Below, piece by piece: positions 49,859 to 62,104 of a stretch of 64,000 nt of DNA. How positions within the stretch are numbered: position 1 is the stretch's first letter; each line of letters starts with the position of its first letter. The notes below the pieces were generated by a model. The model had not been told where the DNA came from and searched no databases. It saw nothing but the letters and a program-made list of their open reading frames with translations. Origin of the DNA: Gracilinanus agilis (Eukaryota). The position numbers and the translations under genes are program-made. The stretch spans positions 159,879,514 through 159,943,513 of the forward strand of contig NC_058131.1 of assembly GCF_016433145.1 (NCBI RefSeq), written 5' to 3'.

Positions 49859-52714
49859 GAAGCCTTGATCTCCAGGGAGAAGACACAATCATGGATGGTC
49901 ACCCCATACCAGGTAATTAATGACAATAATAATAGCTATATATTTCATAATATTTGTATTTGATATTCTTACATTTTAATTATGTATCTTGTTTATATAG
50001 CACTTTAACATGAACAAAGCACTTAACCTAGTATCTCAACAACCCAATGAGTTGGGTACTAGTTCTATGCCCCTTTTACAGATGAGGAAACATGAGGCAG
50101 AGAGAGATTAAATGACCTGTCTAGGGTCGAAGAGCTAGAGTCTGCTGCAAGAATTTGAATTTGAGTTTTCCTGATTCCAAGTCCAGCTCTCTCTACTCTA
50201 TTCTAGCACCTAGCTGCCCCGTGTAGTTAGAGTAGATAATTTGCCAGTTTATTAAGTCACTCCAGAGAGTAACTGGGGCCCTTTAAGGGCAATCCCCATT
50301 CTTGCTAGAGAATTTAGGAAGATTCCTTGTAATATGGAACCAAATGATATTGGGAAGATTACAGATCAAGCTATGGATGAAAACAACAACAACAATTCTA
50401 TATTGGTATGGCCTGAGGAATCCTGCCGAGGCTGTCCTGGCTAAAGAGGATGGCTGAATCCAGAAGCTGTCTCCCTTCTTGGCTCCCATACCTTCCTCCC
50501 CCACAGAGCCTGATTCATGAGGTGGAAACAGTGGTTTTCAACTTAGATCATTTATTAGGCCCACAATGAGGAATTCAGGCCAATAAGCCTGAGGATATTG
50601 ACTCACCCCACAGGGCAATGAGAGAGGAGGGTTCAGGTGTGACATGTTAGTGTTGAAGTACAGGGGCTATCAAGCCTGGGACCAGGCTGGCATATGATGG
50701 TCCTGTGGTCATCAAGGAAAGTTCAATACTCGTCTTGTTAGAAGATGCCCATTAACAGTGGGTATATATAGGGGGCAGCTGGGTAGCTCACTGGATTGAG
50801 AGCCAGACCTAGAGATGGGAGGTCCTAGGTTCAAATTTGACCTCAGACACGTCCCAGCTGTGTGACCCTGGGCAAGTCACTTGACCCCCATTGCCTACCC
50901 TTACCACTCCTCTGCCTTGGAGCCAATACACAGTATTGATTCCAATACAGAAGGTAAGGGTTTAAAAATAAATAAAAGTGTGTGCATGATATGCATTTTT
51001 TATGAAAAATCAACATCTGATACAATACCGTGTGCTCGTCAAGGCAATAATTATTTATTAAATAACAATTCTATGCCAGGTGCTGTGCTAAGTGATGGGG
51101 ATATAAAAGGCAAAGATAGTCTCTGCTCCCAAGATACTTCTAATCTAACAGTGGAGACACATCCAAATAACTATGTATAAAGCTTTTTATAGGATAAATT
51201 GGGGGAAAAAAAGTTCAGAGAGAAGGAACTGAACACTGAGGAGACTGGGAAAGTTTATTGCAGACGGTGGAATTTTGACAGAGTCTTGAAAGGTGCCAAA
51301 GCAGTCAGGAGGTGGAGGCAAGAAAGGAGAGCATTCCGGGGGAAAGGGACAGACAGTAAAAATACTGAGTAGAGAGATGGCGTGTCTTGTGCAAGGAACA
51401 GAAAGGGGGCCAATGTAACTGGATCACAGAGTACATGGAGTACATGGAAAAGAAGGAGTAAGAGGACTGGAAATATAGAGAGATCAGGACATGAAGGGCT
51501 TTAAAAGCCAAACAGAGATCCCAAAGGTAATAGGAAGCCACTGAAGTTCATTCAATTGAGGACAATCGCTGACAGCTGAGTGGAAGAAGCATTCGACTGG
51601 GGCAAGACTCAGGCAGGAAGACCCACTGATGGGCTCTTACAATAGTCCAGACTGCACCAAGGTGGTGGCAGTGTCAGAGGAGAGAAGGGGCATGTAAGGA
51701 GAGATGCTATAAAGAGAGAAAGGACAGGACTTGGCAACTAAATGGATAGGGGAAGCAAGAGCAAGTTCAGGATGACATCTAGGTGGGGAGCCTGGCCTCC
51801 TGGAGGGATAATGGTAATCTTTTTTTTTTTTTTAAACCCTTGTACTTCTGTGTATTGTCTCATAGATGGAAGATTGGTAAGAGTGGGCAATGGGGGTCAA
51901 GTGACTTGCCCAGGGTCACACAGCTGGGAAGTGGCTGAGGCCGGGTTTGAACCTAGGACCTCCCGTCTCTAGGCCTGACTCTCAATTCTCTGAGCTACCC
52001 AGCTGCCCAATAATGGTAATCTTAACAGTAATTGGTAAGTTAGGAAGAGGAGAGTGTCTGAGAAGAAGATGAGATGAGATGTCCATTAGACAACTGGCTC
52101 AAGAAACCTAATAAGCATTTACATGCGACATATATTCCATCTACTATATGCAACTCAGCCATAAATTGCTTCTGTATGCTTGAAACTTATGTGAATGGTC
52201 TACTATATAAGATAACAATTGAATATTATATACTACATACCTTTTGATGATCTATATTTCAGGGATAATTAGTATGATTGTATATGTTCACCAAATATGA
52301 TTTGCAGGGAATGAAACCACTTTTACTGTGGGTAGGAAATAATAGGAACGCATGTGATTAAAAAAAACTCCATTTTTGGTAAGACTCTCAAACTCAACAT
52401 GAGGCCTGATTGATGTTCTTAGGACTTCATTTCCCAGGTAAAGCTATGAAACTATGCCTTTGCTGTAGTTGTGAGTGGAGTGGGGTTGGGGGGAGACCTA
52501 CTTCAGGAGGGTGATAGAGACCTCTGGGCAGAAGGAAAAAGTGAACCCACAAAGGGACTGCAGTGATGCTATCCAGGAGATCAGGAGTCTTGACACGTTC
52601 CTGAGACCCCACAGTGCAAGACAAGCAGACATCTGGACTGGAGAAAGTGCTGAGATTGCCTTGGGGTGAAAAATTAAAGCCATAGAAGTTGATGAGATCA
52701 TCAAGGGAAAATTT

Positions 52715-53357
52715 GGAGGGGGGAGGGGAGAAAGAGACAGAAACAGACAGAGAGGGNNNNNNNNNNNNNNNNNNNNNNNNNNNNNNNNNNNNNNNNNNNN
52801 NNNNNNNNNNNNNNNNNNNNNNNNNNNNNNNNNNNNNNNNNNNNNNNNNNNNNNNNNNNNNNNNNNNNNNNNNNNNNNNNNNNNNNNNNNNNNNNNNNNN
52901 NNNNNNNNNNNNNNNNNNNNNNNNNNNNNNNNNNNNNNNNNNNNNNNNNNNNNATAGAGATAGAGAGGGAGATAGAGACAGAGGGAGAGAGAAGGGAGAG
53001 AGAACAAGAAGAGAGGGAGAGGGNNNNNNNNNNNNNNNNNNNNNNNNNNNNNNNNNNNNNNNNNNNNNNNNNNNNNNNNNNNNNNNNNNNNNNNNNNNNN
53101 NNNNNNNNNNNNNNNNNNNNNNNNNNNNNNNNNNNNNNNNNNNNNNNNNNNNNNNNNNNNNNNNNNNNNNNNNNNNNNNNNNNNNNNNNNNNNNNNNNNN
53201 NNNNNNNNNNNNNNNNNNNNNNNNNNNNNNNNNNNNNNNNNNNNNNNNNNNNNNNNNNNNNNNNNNNNNNNNNNNNNNNNNNNNNNNNNNNNNNNNNNNN
53301 NNNNNNNNNNNNNNNNNNNNNNNNNNNNNNNNNNNNNNNNNNNNNNNNNNNNNNNNN

Positions 53358-53438
<81 letters not shown>
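52715..53438. repeat. Purine-rich (GA)n tract with assembly gaps
   Basis: GA repeats around N runs 52757-52953 and 53023-53357. Confidence 0.9.
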
Positions 53439-53440
<2 letters not shown>

Positions 53441-55162
53441 CTTCTAACACTGGAATGGCTCTGCTTCTTGAAGATTGTTTTCCCAGGCTGGCTGATCTGG
53501 TGGGAAGCGGAATGAATTTTTACTTATTTGAGGAGAATGAATCTTGAGATAGATTTTCCTGTAGTCCTGAGCAAATGCTTAGCTTTTGAAAAGCTTATTC
53601 CTGGTCTGATCTGCCAGTAAGGTGCAAACAGTTCAGAGGACTTTTAAAGGTTCCCAGTTGAAGTATGATGGAGTCCCTAATTAGTTAAGGTATACTTATT
53701 CTCCAAATTACCCCACATTGAACCTAGGAATTTGTGTGAATCCGCAAGTTGAAGGGAATACAGGACATAGAGGAAGAAAGGGGGGGGGAAAGAAGGAAAA
53801 AAGGACAGAAAAAAGGAATAGAGGGAAAGTAAGCAAAAAAAAAATGAGAAAGAATGGAAGAAAGAAGGAAAGGAAGAAAGAGAGAAAGAGAAAGAAAAAG
53901 AAGGAAATGTTTTCCCTTCCCAAATTCTGTTATTCATTTTGGTGTTTATCTTAGGCTCTGTCTCATAGGCACTCAATGCCCTGCCCAGACATGATCTCAT
54001 TCATTCTCACCACATCCCTGGGAGGCAGGGAGGAGATTGGGATCATCATCCCCACTTTACAGACAGGAATACCTGAGGCCCAGACACATACAAGGCAAGT
54101 AAGTGGTATTGGTTTGAAATCCAGGCATCCTGAATCCCTGCCTCAGGACTCCCTACTCTTCGTTAATAGGTCAACCCTGGGAATCTTGGAAGAGTCTGAA
54201 TGGGGAAAGAACAGGTGGTAAGCTCTGTAGTGAGCAATCCATTAGTTAATTAATCTTATCAGGAGCACTGAATGAGTACCTACTGTATGCCCAGGCCTAT
54301 GGATGAGACAAGAGAATAGAAGAGGGTCTCTGTTTTCAGGGTGCTCTGAGATACAAGTGCAGGCAGGGAGAGTCTGGGCAAAGGGCCAAGGGAAGAAAGA
54401 CAAGTGTGAACATGGGAATCCTTACTGGCAGAAGCAGCCTTGGGCAGTTACTGGACCAGCTAAGATGGATCAGATGCTTGAGGAGAAGAGAGCACAGAAA
54501 GAGAATGGGGGTGGGGGTGGGGGGAGAGACAGTGATATACCCCAGCATAGACTCTGTCCTGGGCCAACCTACCATTCTATACTGAGTAGACCCATGGGAT
54601 GCAGACTAGAAATACTAGGAACTTTTAAGCAAAAACAGTTTAAAATATTTACTCTAAGGGGCTATCTACTCTTCCCCTTCTTCAATTAGCCATCATTCAA
54701 TTCAACTCAATTCAATTAAACAAGGATTTATTACCTTTAAGTTATTTTTAATATATTTTATATCATAAATATATTTTAAATATTCTTTAAGTCCCACCTC
54801 TGGTACATTAGACAGCTATATTATCTTCCTTTACAATAATCTACATAACAAAGGTTTAAATTTTTTTTCTTCAAATCTGGCTTCAGCTGTGTGATTCTGG
54901 GCAAGTCACTTTACCCCATTGCCTAGCCCTTATGGCTCTTCTGTCTTAAAATTGATACTAAGACAGAGAGTAAGATTTTGTTTGTTTGTAAACCCTTACA
55001 TTCCAACTTAGAATCAATATTGTGCATTGGCTCTAAAACAGAAGACTATAAGAGGTAGGCAAGGGGGTTAAGTGACTTGCTCAGGATTACATAGTTAGGA
55101 AGTGTCTGAGATCAAATTTGAAACCAGGACCTTTGTCCTCCAGACCTGGTTCTCTATCCACA

Positions 55163-55966
55163 TGTTGTGGAGGGCTTGAGGTGATTCCCCAGGGTTTAGG
55201 AAGGGTACCTTTTGCAAGGATGCAAGACTCTGAAACTTAGCTTAAAAATAAAAAGAGAAATTTATTAATTTGGAAGGTAATGTTGAATCTGGCCAGGAGG
55301 ATAGCATAAGTGGAAGCCTGCCTCCTAGGTGGAACAGTATGGATGGAGCGATGTTCTCCCAGATGACATGATTTCTGGGGTCTTTACAACAGTGAAGATG
55401 TGACACTGTGCCACACTGAAGACGTGACTTTAGAGTGGTGTGCACTGGGGCATGGGCAGCAGGGTTTGGTCATCTGACTGGGGTCTGCCTGAAGACATAA
55501 GAGGTGACCCTCATAGTTTAGGGGGCATGACAGGTAGATGTCTTAGATACAACCTGATAGTATCGAGGCATAGCCTGGAAGTGTAACTCTCTGTTGATCT
55601 AAACTTGCAGTGGTTCCCAAACTTTTTTGGCCTACTGCCCCCTTTCCAGAAAAAATATTACTTAGCCCCCTGGAAATTAAATTTTTTTAAATATTTTAAT
55701 AGCAATTAATAGGAAAGATAAATGTACCTGCGGCCATCACCGCTCTCCTGGATCCCTGCAGCACCCACCAGGGGGTGGTAGCGCCCACTTTGGAAATCAC
55801 TGATCTAAAGGATGACCCAAGGAGGCCAATTCTCTCAGGGTCTTATAGGAGTTATCAGATGTTTGGGGTTAGGAGTCACAAGGATAGAAGGGAGCAAAGG
55901 AATTTCCCTGTTTGTAATTTGCCTGAAACACTTCTTTGGTTTTGGAGGTACAATGTCTATGCCACA
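55163..55966 (-). mobile_element. Probable solo LTR inserted in a SINE
   Basis: TG...CA ends; minus-strand AATAAA near 55260; SINE halves on each side (..ctctatccac | ctgagccatctag..). Confidence 0.55.
55608..55802. mobile_element. hAT-type MITE
   Basis: TIRs cagtggttcccaaa / tttggaaatcactg; target-like atctaaac(ttg) / atctaaag. Confidence 0.8.
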
Positions 55967-57397
55967 CTGAGCCATCTAGTTGACCTCAGAGTGAGAATTT
56001 AAAAAAATTTTTTTCAGTGAAAAAAATGAGTAAGCGAATGAGTAAAGATGGCAAAGAACTGATGAGTAATGAATGAATGAATGATTAAATAGGCAAGTGA
56101 ACAAGGAAATTAGGGGATGTGCTCATGAGTAAATATCTGAGTGTGGAAGAATTGCCTTCAGTGGATTTTTATCACCAAGGCCCAGAAGAACTACTCCCAG
56201 AAAATTAAAATAACTTGTAATGTGTTAAGCTATGGTTGATTTTCTCTGAAAATTTTTGGAGAATGGGAAAGGTGCCACAGAGAGAGATAAATAATAATAG
56301 AATTAAGTGCATACAAAACTGGTTGAATGACTGTTCTCCACTTGCACTGACTTCTGCAGTTTAATAGCTACAGGCAAGGGTGTGCTAGTGTTTAACAACC
56401 AACTCTTTGGAGGGGAAAAGAAAAAAAGGACATGGGACACCCTTATAGTTGTAATCTGTATTATTAAGATTTTAGTAAGGTATATGAAAGGTAGGAAGAG
56501 GCCAACTTGTAAATACCAAAGGATTTTATATTTGATCTGGAGGTAACACTGAGCCACTGGATGAGCAAGGGGGTGACATGGTCAGACCTGTTCTTTATGA
56601 AAATAATTTTGGCAGTTGAGTGAAGGATGGATTGGATTGGGGAGAGACCTGAGAGAGGGAAACTACAATTGTCAAGGAGAAAGGTGACGATGACCTGGAT
56701 GGTTGTGTGAATGTAGAGAAGGGGACGTATAAGACAAAGATTGAGAAATAAGAGTTGACAATGGATTGGATATTGGGATGAATGAAAATGAAGAATTAGG
56801 GATGCACTGAGGTTGAGAGCCTGAATGATTGGGAGAATGTGGTAATGTGCTCTGCCCCCTCCTTAATGAATGAATAAATGAATTGTTGTTCATCCTTCTC
56901 TTTTTTCTTTTTGTCTTCCTTCTTTCCTTCCTTCCTCCCTCCCTCCCACCTTTCCTTTCTTTCTTTCATTTTTGTCTTTTTTTTTTAACCCTTACCGTCT
57001 GTCTTATAATACTAAGTTTCAGCTGTAAGGTCTAGGTAATTAAGGTTGTGACTTGTCTAGGGTCATACATCTGGGAAGTGTCTGAGGGCACATTTGAACC
57101 CAGGATTTCCTGTTTCTAGGCCTGACTTTCTATCCACTGAATTCCTGTCTGGTGATATTTTGACTTGTGTATTAACTGGATTGACTGATTGATTGATTTT
57201 TAATTCCCTTACCTTCCACCTTGGAACCAACACTATGTATTGGTTCCAAGGCAGAAGAGTAGTAAGGGCTAGGCAGTGGGGTTAAGTGACTTGCCCAAGG
57301 TCACACAGCTAGGAAGCATCTGAGATCAGATTTGAAACTAGGACCTCCTGTCTCTAGGCCAGACTCTCCATCCACTGAGTCACCCAGCTGCCCCCCA

Positions 57398-57860
57398 TGA
57401 ATTGGATTTAAATGAGGCAGAGTTGCACAGAGTCATCAGCCTCAATCTGGCTTCCAGTCATCCAAGTCCAATGGCCAGACAAAAATCAGGGTGACTTGAA
57501 TTGACCCAAGTTTGCATCTTCCATGTCAAACCAAGCTCAAGGTGCTCCAAAGCATCTGCTTCAGCTGCTTTCATGGCCCTTGGAATAAACTGTTCTCATC
57601 CACCCACTCTGTAGGAGAATCCTTCACATGCTTGGGTTAGACATTTCCCTAATTCTTCACCTGTCAGTTACCCTCAAGCTGGTTTTGCCCATCTGCCCAG
57701 ACAGTTTTCCTGGATGTGGCTGACGTGTGCATGCTTCAGCTTCTTGGAGCCCCAGGGGAGAGTTGGGTAAAAGGTAGACACCAAAGGCAGATGAGTAGAC
57801 CTGAAAAAAAAAAAAACACTCTAGTAGCTCTCACACCTGAGGGACTAGGCCCTTGGAACA
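57398..57860. mobile_element. RTE-related marsupial SINE (WALLSI-like)
   Basis: tgaattggatttaaatgaggcagagttgcacagagtcatcagcctca... recalled family motif. Confidence 0.45.
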
Positions 57861-59339
57861 CCCTATATACCCTCTTCGTAAATAAATAACACATTTATTC
57901 AGTATTTACTATATACTATCTGCTAATGCTGGGGAGAGGGTAGTATAAACTGGAAGCCCGGAAGAGGGGAGGTTTTAGGGGAAAGAAAATTAGTTCTGTT
58001 TTGGACAAGTTGAGTCTGAGATGCCTAAAGGCATTATTACAACAACCCTGGGAGAGAGGTGCTCTTCTGCTCCTGGTATTTCAAATAACAAGAGAAGTAA
58101 AATGACTTGAGGTGGGGATTTATTTGGAGGGCAGAAGACAGCATTAAAGGTGAACTGGTTTAACTATAGTGTAAAAACTAGGAAAGAAGGTAAAAAAGGC
58201 CATAGTACTGGCTGAGGGAATGAGGCCTGCACTGTAGACTAAAGTGAGGAAGAAGGGGCAGCTGGATAGCTCAGTGAATTGACAGTCAGGCCTGGAGACA
58301 AGAGGTTCTGGATTCAAATGTGGTCCCAGACACTTCCTAGCTGTGTGACTCTGGGCAGGTCACTTAACCCCCATTGGCTAGTCCTTACTGCTCTTCTGCT
58401 TTGGAGCCAATACACAGTATTGATAAACAAACAAACAAACAAATAAATAAAGTGAAGAAGAGAAGGTTTAAGAGGGGTGAAGCTTAGGGACAGGTGGAAA
58501 GAGAGGTTTTGGTCTGATAGGAGAGTTTCAAAGTTCTGGTATAACAAACACTCAAGAGTGAGGATGGGATCAGAGCTACACCCAGAATTTGACCTTGTGC
58601 TATTTTAACATTTTTAATCAATGATTTGGATGAAGGTCTAACTAGTTTGCTTATCAGATTTGTAAATGGCAAGGAGTTGGGAGGGAGAGGGGTTGGGTGA
58701 CAAGAACTGAGATCCTATTTATGGGATTTGGACTGAAGCAATGATTTCATTGATATAGTGAACTCCCAAGAGGAGGAAACTCCCTCTGTTCAAAGAAAGT
58801 CAGCTTTGAACTCAGTCTTAGAGAGCCTCCTGGAACAACTTGCCCAGGTTCCTTCCGCTAATTTGTGTCAGAAGGCCTTAAATAATAATAATAATAGCTT
58901 GCATTTACATTACAAATTTGCGTTTGCAAACTCTAAGGTTTGCAAAGTATTATCTCAGAACCGTTGGAGTCAGAATATAGATCAAAGCATACTATTTTTC
59001 ATTTTCGTTTATTTGGTTCTGATTTTCTGAGTATTCTCTTATAATAATGAACAATATGGAAATAAGTTTTGCATGACAATACACATATAACCCAGATTAA
59101 AGTAGTTACTGTCTCTGGGAGAAGAGAAGGAAGGGAAGGTAGACAATTAGAAAACTTATGTGGAAAATTATTACATGTAACTGATAAAATAAAGTATTTT
59201 AAAAAAAAGAAAAAAGAAAAAAACAAATATGATCTCATTTGATTCTCAAAACCCAGAGAGGTAGGTGCTATATTACCTACGGTTTAGAAATGAGGAAACT
59301 TGGGCAGGTAGAGGTTAAATGACTTCTCCAGGGTTACCT

Positions 59340-59993
59340 TCTTTTAACTTGGAAATAACACAACTACCAAAGTAGTCAGAAAAACCAAGTCTTTATAATC
59401 AGGAAAGGGATAAGTCCAATATTTGGCCCTTTACTCAGAGTCCAGTGCCAAAACTTTCTACACCCTGGGACTGTGGGGACATTACCCCTGGGAGTGACAC
59501 CACGCTAGATGACCGCTCCAAAGAGCCATTAAAGTGGGAAGCTTCCATGCCTTTCTAAGGGAACGTGCGGACTGAGGAAGAGAAGGGATAGTTATTGGCT
59601 TTACAAAGGTAATAAAGGAAAAGGAGGAAATGAGGAGTCCCAGACGGGAATAATAGTGACGCACTGATGCTTTACAATGGACATAAAAGGGAAAAGCCCT
59701 GCAGGCTGGGCTACCTACCTAAGTAAAGGACTTTGGCTTAAGGGGAGAAACCATTGGGACAAAAGAGATACTTAACACCTTTAAGTTAGCCATCCCCACT
59801 TAAACTACTTTAAGGTCTATCGTTATTCGGAGTCCCGTGAAGTTGGACTTTCCCTCAGGGAGGAACTCTTAGGAGACAAGACCAAACTTGAGGCTTTCAC
59901 CTTCAAGCTAACTAAACTAGAGGTCATTAAATCTTACTAGGTTACAAGTTTGGGGGCTTCTAGATTCCTCCTTGACACTTCTTGGTATCGACA
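59340..59993 (-). mobile_element. Probable solo LTR inserted in a MIR
   Basis: About 650 bp non-SINE/LINE block ending ...tcgaca, with MIR sequence interrupted on both sides. Confidence 0.5.
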
Positions 59994-60339
59994 GGATTTG
60001 AATAGTAATAAAAATAATAGCACCTTAAAATCTGCAAAGTACTTTACAAATATCTCATTTGATCCTTACAACAACCCTGGGAGGTAGGTGTAATTATTAT
60101 TATTCCCATATTATGGATGACATAGAAGTTAAGTGACTTGGACAAGGTCACGCAGAAGGAATTGAGGATGTTTAGCCAGGAGTCGGAAGTGGTTTGGGGG
60201 TGGAGGGGGGGTGACGTGGGTTGCGTTCCAGCATCTGAAGGGCTAAGTCATAGAAGAGGGGCTGACTCTGCTCTGCTTGGCTCCAAGGAGGCCAAGAAGG
60301 ATGGATAAGACACGCCACTGGGTAGTACTAGTAGGGGTC

Positions 60340-61150
60340 CCCAAGAAGGGAATGCGTGCGTGGCAGCGTCGGACAGTAATGTGAGGGGGAGGGGCGGAGG
60401 CAAGAGACGGGAGAGAAAAGGCACCGCTTTTTTTGTGACGTCACCTCGGTGCCGCCCCACACCTCACTCCTCCTTCCCCGTGGCTATGTGACCTCACTGA
60501 CCATATCTAGGGGGCGGTTACATCAGCACGCAGCCGCCGAAGGGAGAAGCGAAGGGGCAGCACGAGCCGGACGGAAGTCTGAACGGTCACTGCACGGTCT
60601 CGGCTCCTTTAAGAGCAGACTCCACCTCCTTGTTCCTGCAGGCCAACGGTGGGGCCTGAACGGAGTGACGTCATAATAGCGAGGGCGGGGGGAGGAGGAG
60701 ACACTCCTGGGGTTCCAGAGAGAGGCGGGGCCGGAGGCGGCAACCTGACCAGGCCAGGCCAGGATCTATCCTCCTCCTCCTATTCCCCTCTCACCCAGCC
60801 CAGCCTCGGCCTTTCGGGGCGCTGACTCTAACCTTAACCCTGACCTTGACCTTGGCCTCCTTGATTCCTTGGTCCCCGGCTCCAGTCTGTCCTGTGTGTT
60901 CCGCCGGGGCGGTTTACTTCTAACCCGATTTTTCCACTTCTCTTCCTACGGATCCACCTGTCCCTCTGGTCCGGAGTCCCTGCCCCACCCCAACCACTCC
61001 CCTCACGTGACCCAGTCTGGTCCCCACCCTCTGGGTCCCCGCCTGTCCCACCTCTCTCCATCCCTGTATCCTTCCCTCCCCCGCTCTTCACTCGCAGTCC
61101 TTGCCAATGGCATCCTCAGGCCTGGCAGGGGATCTGAAGGCCGTGCTGGG
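60340..61150. promoter_or_regulatory. NUDT18: NUDT18 CpG-island promoter
   Basis: CpG-rich; TGACGTCA at 60436-60443 and 60666-60673; GC boxes near 60683 and 60724; CGGAAGT ETS-like site near 60572; TCACGTGA 61003-61010. Confidence 0.8.
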
Positions 61151-61268
61151 GGGCCAGGGGCTGCCGGTGCTGGACTATGACTCTGTGCCCTCAAAGGGCC
61201 CACCTGTGCCTGCACAGCTCAGGAAGAATGTCTCCTATATCGTGCTGGCTGTCTTCTTCAACAACCAG
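61107..61268 (+). CDS. NUDT18: Nudix hydrolase 18 (8-oxo-dGDP phosphatase, MTH3), first coding exon; remainder not found in the window
   Basis: MASSGLAGDLKAVLGGQG...PVPAQLRKNVSYIVLAVFFNNQ matches recalled human MASEGLAGALASVLAGQG...RLRKNVCYVVLAVFLSEQ; donor CAG|GTGAGA; HR-NUDT18 synteny. Confidence 0.9.
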
Positions 61269-62104
61269 GTGAGAGGCAGCCAGGACCCTGACTCTAAAGG
61301 CCTTTGGGACCCAGACACAAAAAGATCCTAGAGCCCGGACCTTTCTTAATTTATGGGCTTGGGAAAGAAAGATCACCCTTTATTGGCAGGGTGGTGACTG
61401 GACAATCAGGCACCGTTTTCATTTCAACAAAACAACATTTTATTAAAGTTTGACAGCAAAGAGATCTAATACTCACCCCAAACATTTGTTGAATGTTTTC
61501 TAAGTCCTAGGCACTGTGCTAACTGCCACAGGGGATGGAGAATTCAATTCAACGTTTATTTATTAAACACTGACTGTGTTGTGTGCTAAGGAGGCAGATG
61601 AGAAAAAAGGCACAATCCCTAACCACAAGGAACTCACAAGCCAGCACATGCAAGTTAGAATATAATAAATGTATAGGAAAGATCCAGATAAAATGCAAAG
61701 AGTGGGGCAGCTGGGTAGCTCAGTGGAGTGAGAGTCAGGCCTAGAGACAGGAGGTCCTAGGTTCAAACCCAGCCTCAGCCACTTCCCAGCAGTGTGACCC
61801 TGGGCAAGTCACTTGACCCCCATTGCCCACCCTTACCAATCTTCCACCTATGAGACAATACACCGAAGTACAAGGGTTTATTAAAAAAAAAAAATGCAAA
61901 GAGAAAGCCTCCCGACTGGCTTCTGAGCTGGGTCTTGAATAAAGGGAGAAGCCTTAGCAATTGTCCTGCTGTTCAGTAAGGATTTATTACAGAGACAAAA
62001 AGACAAAACAGTCCCTGCCTTCAAAGGGTTTATTTTCTATTGGGGAAATAAATGCTTATTGAACTGATATGGGGGGTGGGGTGGAATAGGCCTTTTTATC
62101 CCCC

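Larger units (their letters stand above)
38830..50500 (+). mobile_element. Fossil Ty3/Gypsy retrotransposon (gag knuckle-PR-RT-RH-IN), fragmented by nested insertions
   Basis: CYDC..C 38932-38967; CSAVLDSGTQVT 39120-39155; IQDALDCLLGNWWFSV..RRYHQ 46421-46495; MEKVIGDMNY 46790-46819; CLDK (decayed YLDD) 46838-46849; SVTDKFQEY 47358-47384; ILTSAKLDAT 47427-47456; ALKLVFTDFLPLERD 48946-48990; HPQGDPQPDCFNYTL 49061-49105. Confidence 0.85.
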
